Source: a virus. From it: DNA of 64,000 bases. Of this stretch, positions 63,535 through 64,000 are shown one piece after another; the stretch's first letter is position 1, and each line of letters begins with the position of its first letter. The notes beneath the pieces are model-generated. The model worked only from the letters and a program-made list of their open reading frames with translations, had not been told where the DNA came from and ran no database searches. Both the position numbers and the translations under genes were made by a program. The stretch lies in IMG/VR virus record IMGVR_UViG_3300032401_000001, positions 96,001 to 160,000 of that record. One strand, written 5' to 3'.

Positions 63535-63999
63535 CTAGGCGGACACCACTACGGTGCCCTTGGTCGCCGTGCGGTCCTCGAGCACGAAGCCGATGATCTG
63601 CTTCGTGGCGTCGGGGGTGGCCAGCGAGGCGATCTTGCCAGCGTTCATCGTGACCGGCACGCCGGGCGTGTAGGTGCCCGTGTCGTACTGATCGGTCTCG
63701 AAGATGATGCCGGTGCCCAGCTTGGCGGCGGCGCACTTCCCGACGAACTGGCCGGAGAAGTCGTCGTTGCCCTCGACCACCAGCCACGGCTCCTTCGGGT
63801 TCGCCGAGGTGATGTTCGGGCTGGTGGCCTTGTCGACCACCGTCTGCCCGGCTTGCAGCTCCTGGGTGACGATGGTGCCCCCGGGCAGGGCCACCGGAAC
63901 GGGCGGCGAGCCGCCGGTCTTGATGGGGAACGGCCACGTCAGAGCACTGCCGTTCGGGTAGCCGCGGAGGATGTCGAACTTCGAGTTGAGCAGCGACAT
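63535..63999 (-). CDS. capsid decoration/cement protein
   Basis: 154 aa directly upstream of the MCP gene; start lies at the window edge. Confidence 0.6.
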   Translation of the reverse strand: MSLLNSKFDILRGYPNGSALTWPFPIKTGGSPPVPVALPGGTIVTQELQAGQTVVDKATSPNITSANPKEPWLVVEGNDDFSGQFVGKCAAAKLGTGIIFETDQYDTGTYTPGVPVTMNAGKIASLATPDATKQIIGFVLEDRTATKGTVVVSA

Positions 64000-64000
64000 G

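Noticed and set aside
1-64000. Integrated prophage or bacterial tRNA-array island
   Set aside because: No integrase, att-like repeat or host housekeeping genes were seen, and the window is continuous with a phage virion module.

Overview
A 64 kb, GC-rich segment of a large (probably jumbo) contractile-tailed bacteriophage genome. No integrase, host genes or prophage boundary are visible. Bases 1-14.7 kb are mostly plus strand. They carry small accessory genes, an N6-adenine-type methyltransferase, three HNH endonucleases, an RRM RNA-binding protein, a tmRNA and an array of 42 recognisable tRNAs covering all 20 amino acids. Bases 14.7-64 kb are mostly minus strand. They carry a receiver-domain protein, a HerA-like ATPase and a deoxynucleoside kinase, followed by the virion module: putative internal/ejection proteins sharing a short motif, baseplate spike, tail tube, tail sheath, neck, fibres, three tandem beta-propeller tip paralogs, lysis-like genes, major capsid and a decoration protein. 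The most unusual content is non-coding. (1) Downstream of a conserved hypothetical gene (8577-9314) lie two chained, circularly permuted tRNA-shaped modules separated by repeated CAAGCTCAAACTG segments. (2) A third permuted tRNA sits inside the tRNA array (11157-11241). (3) A ~900 nt, densely base-paired non-coding region (5100-5996) contains four AGCAGACGAG motifs separated by unrelated long hairpins. All folds were derived by eye, and protein calls rest on motif recognition rather than database searches.
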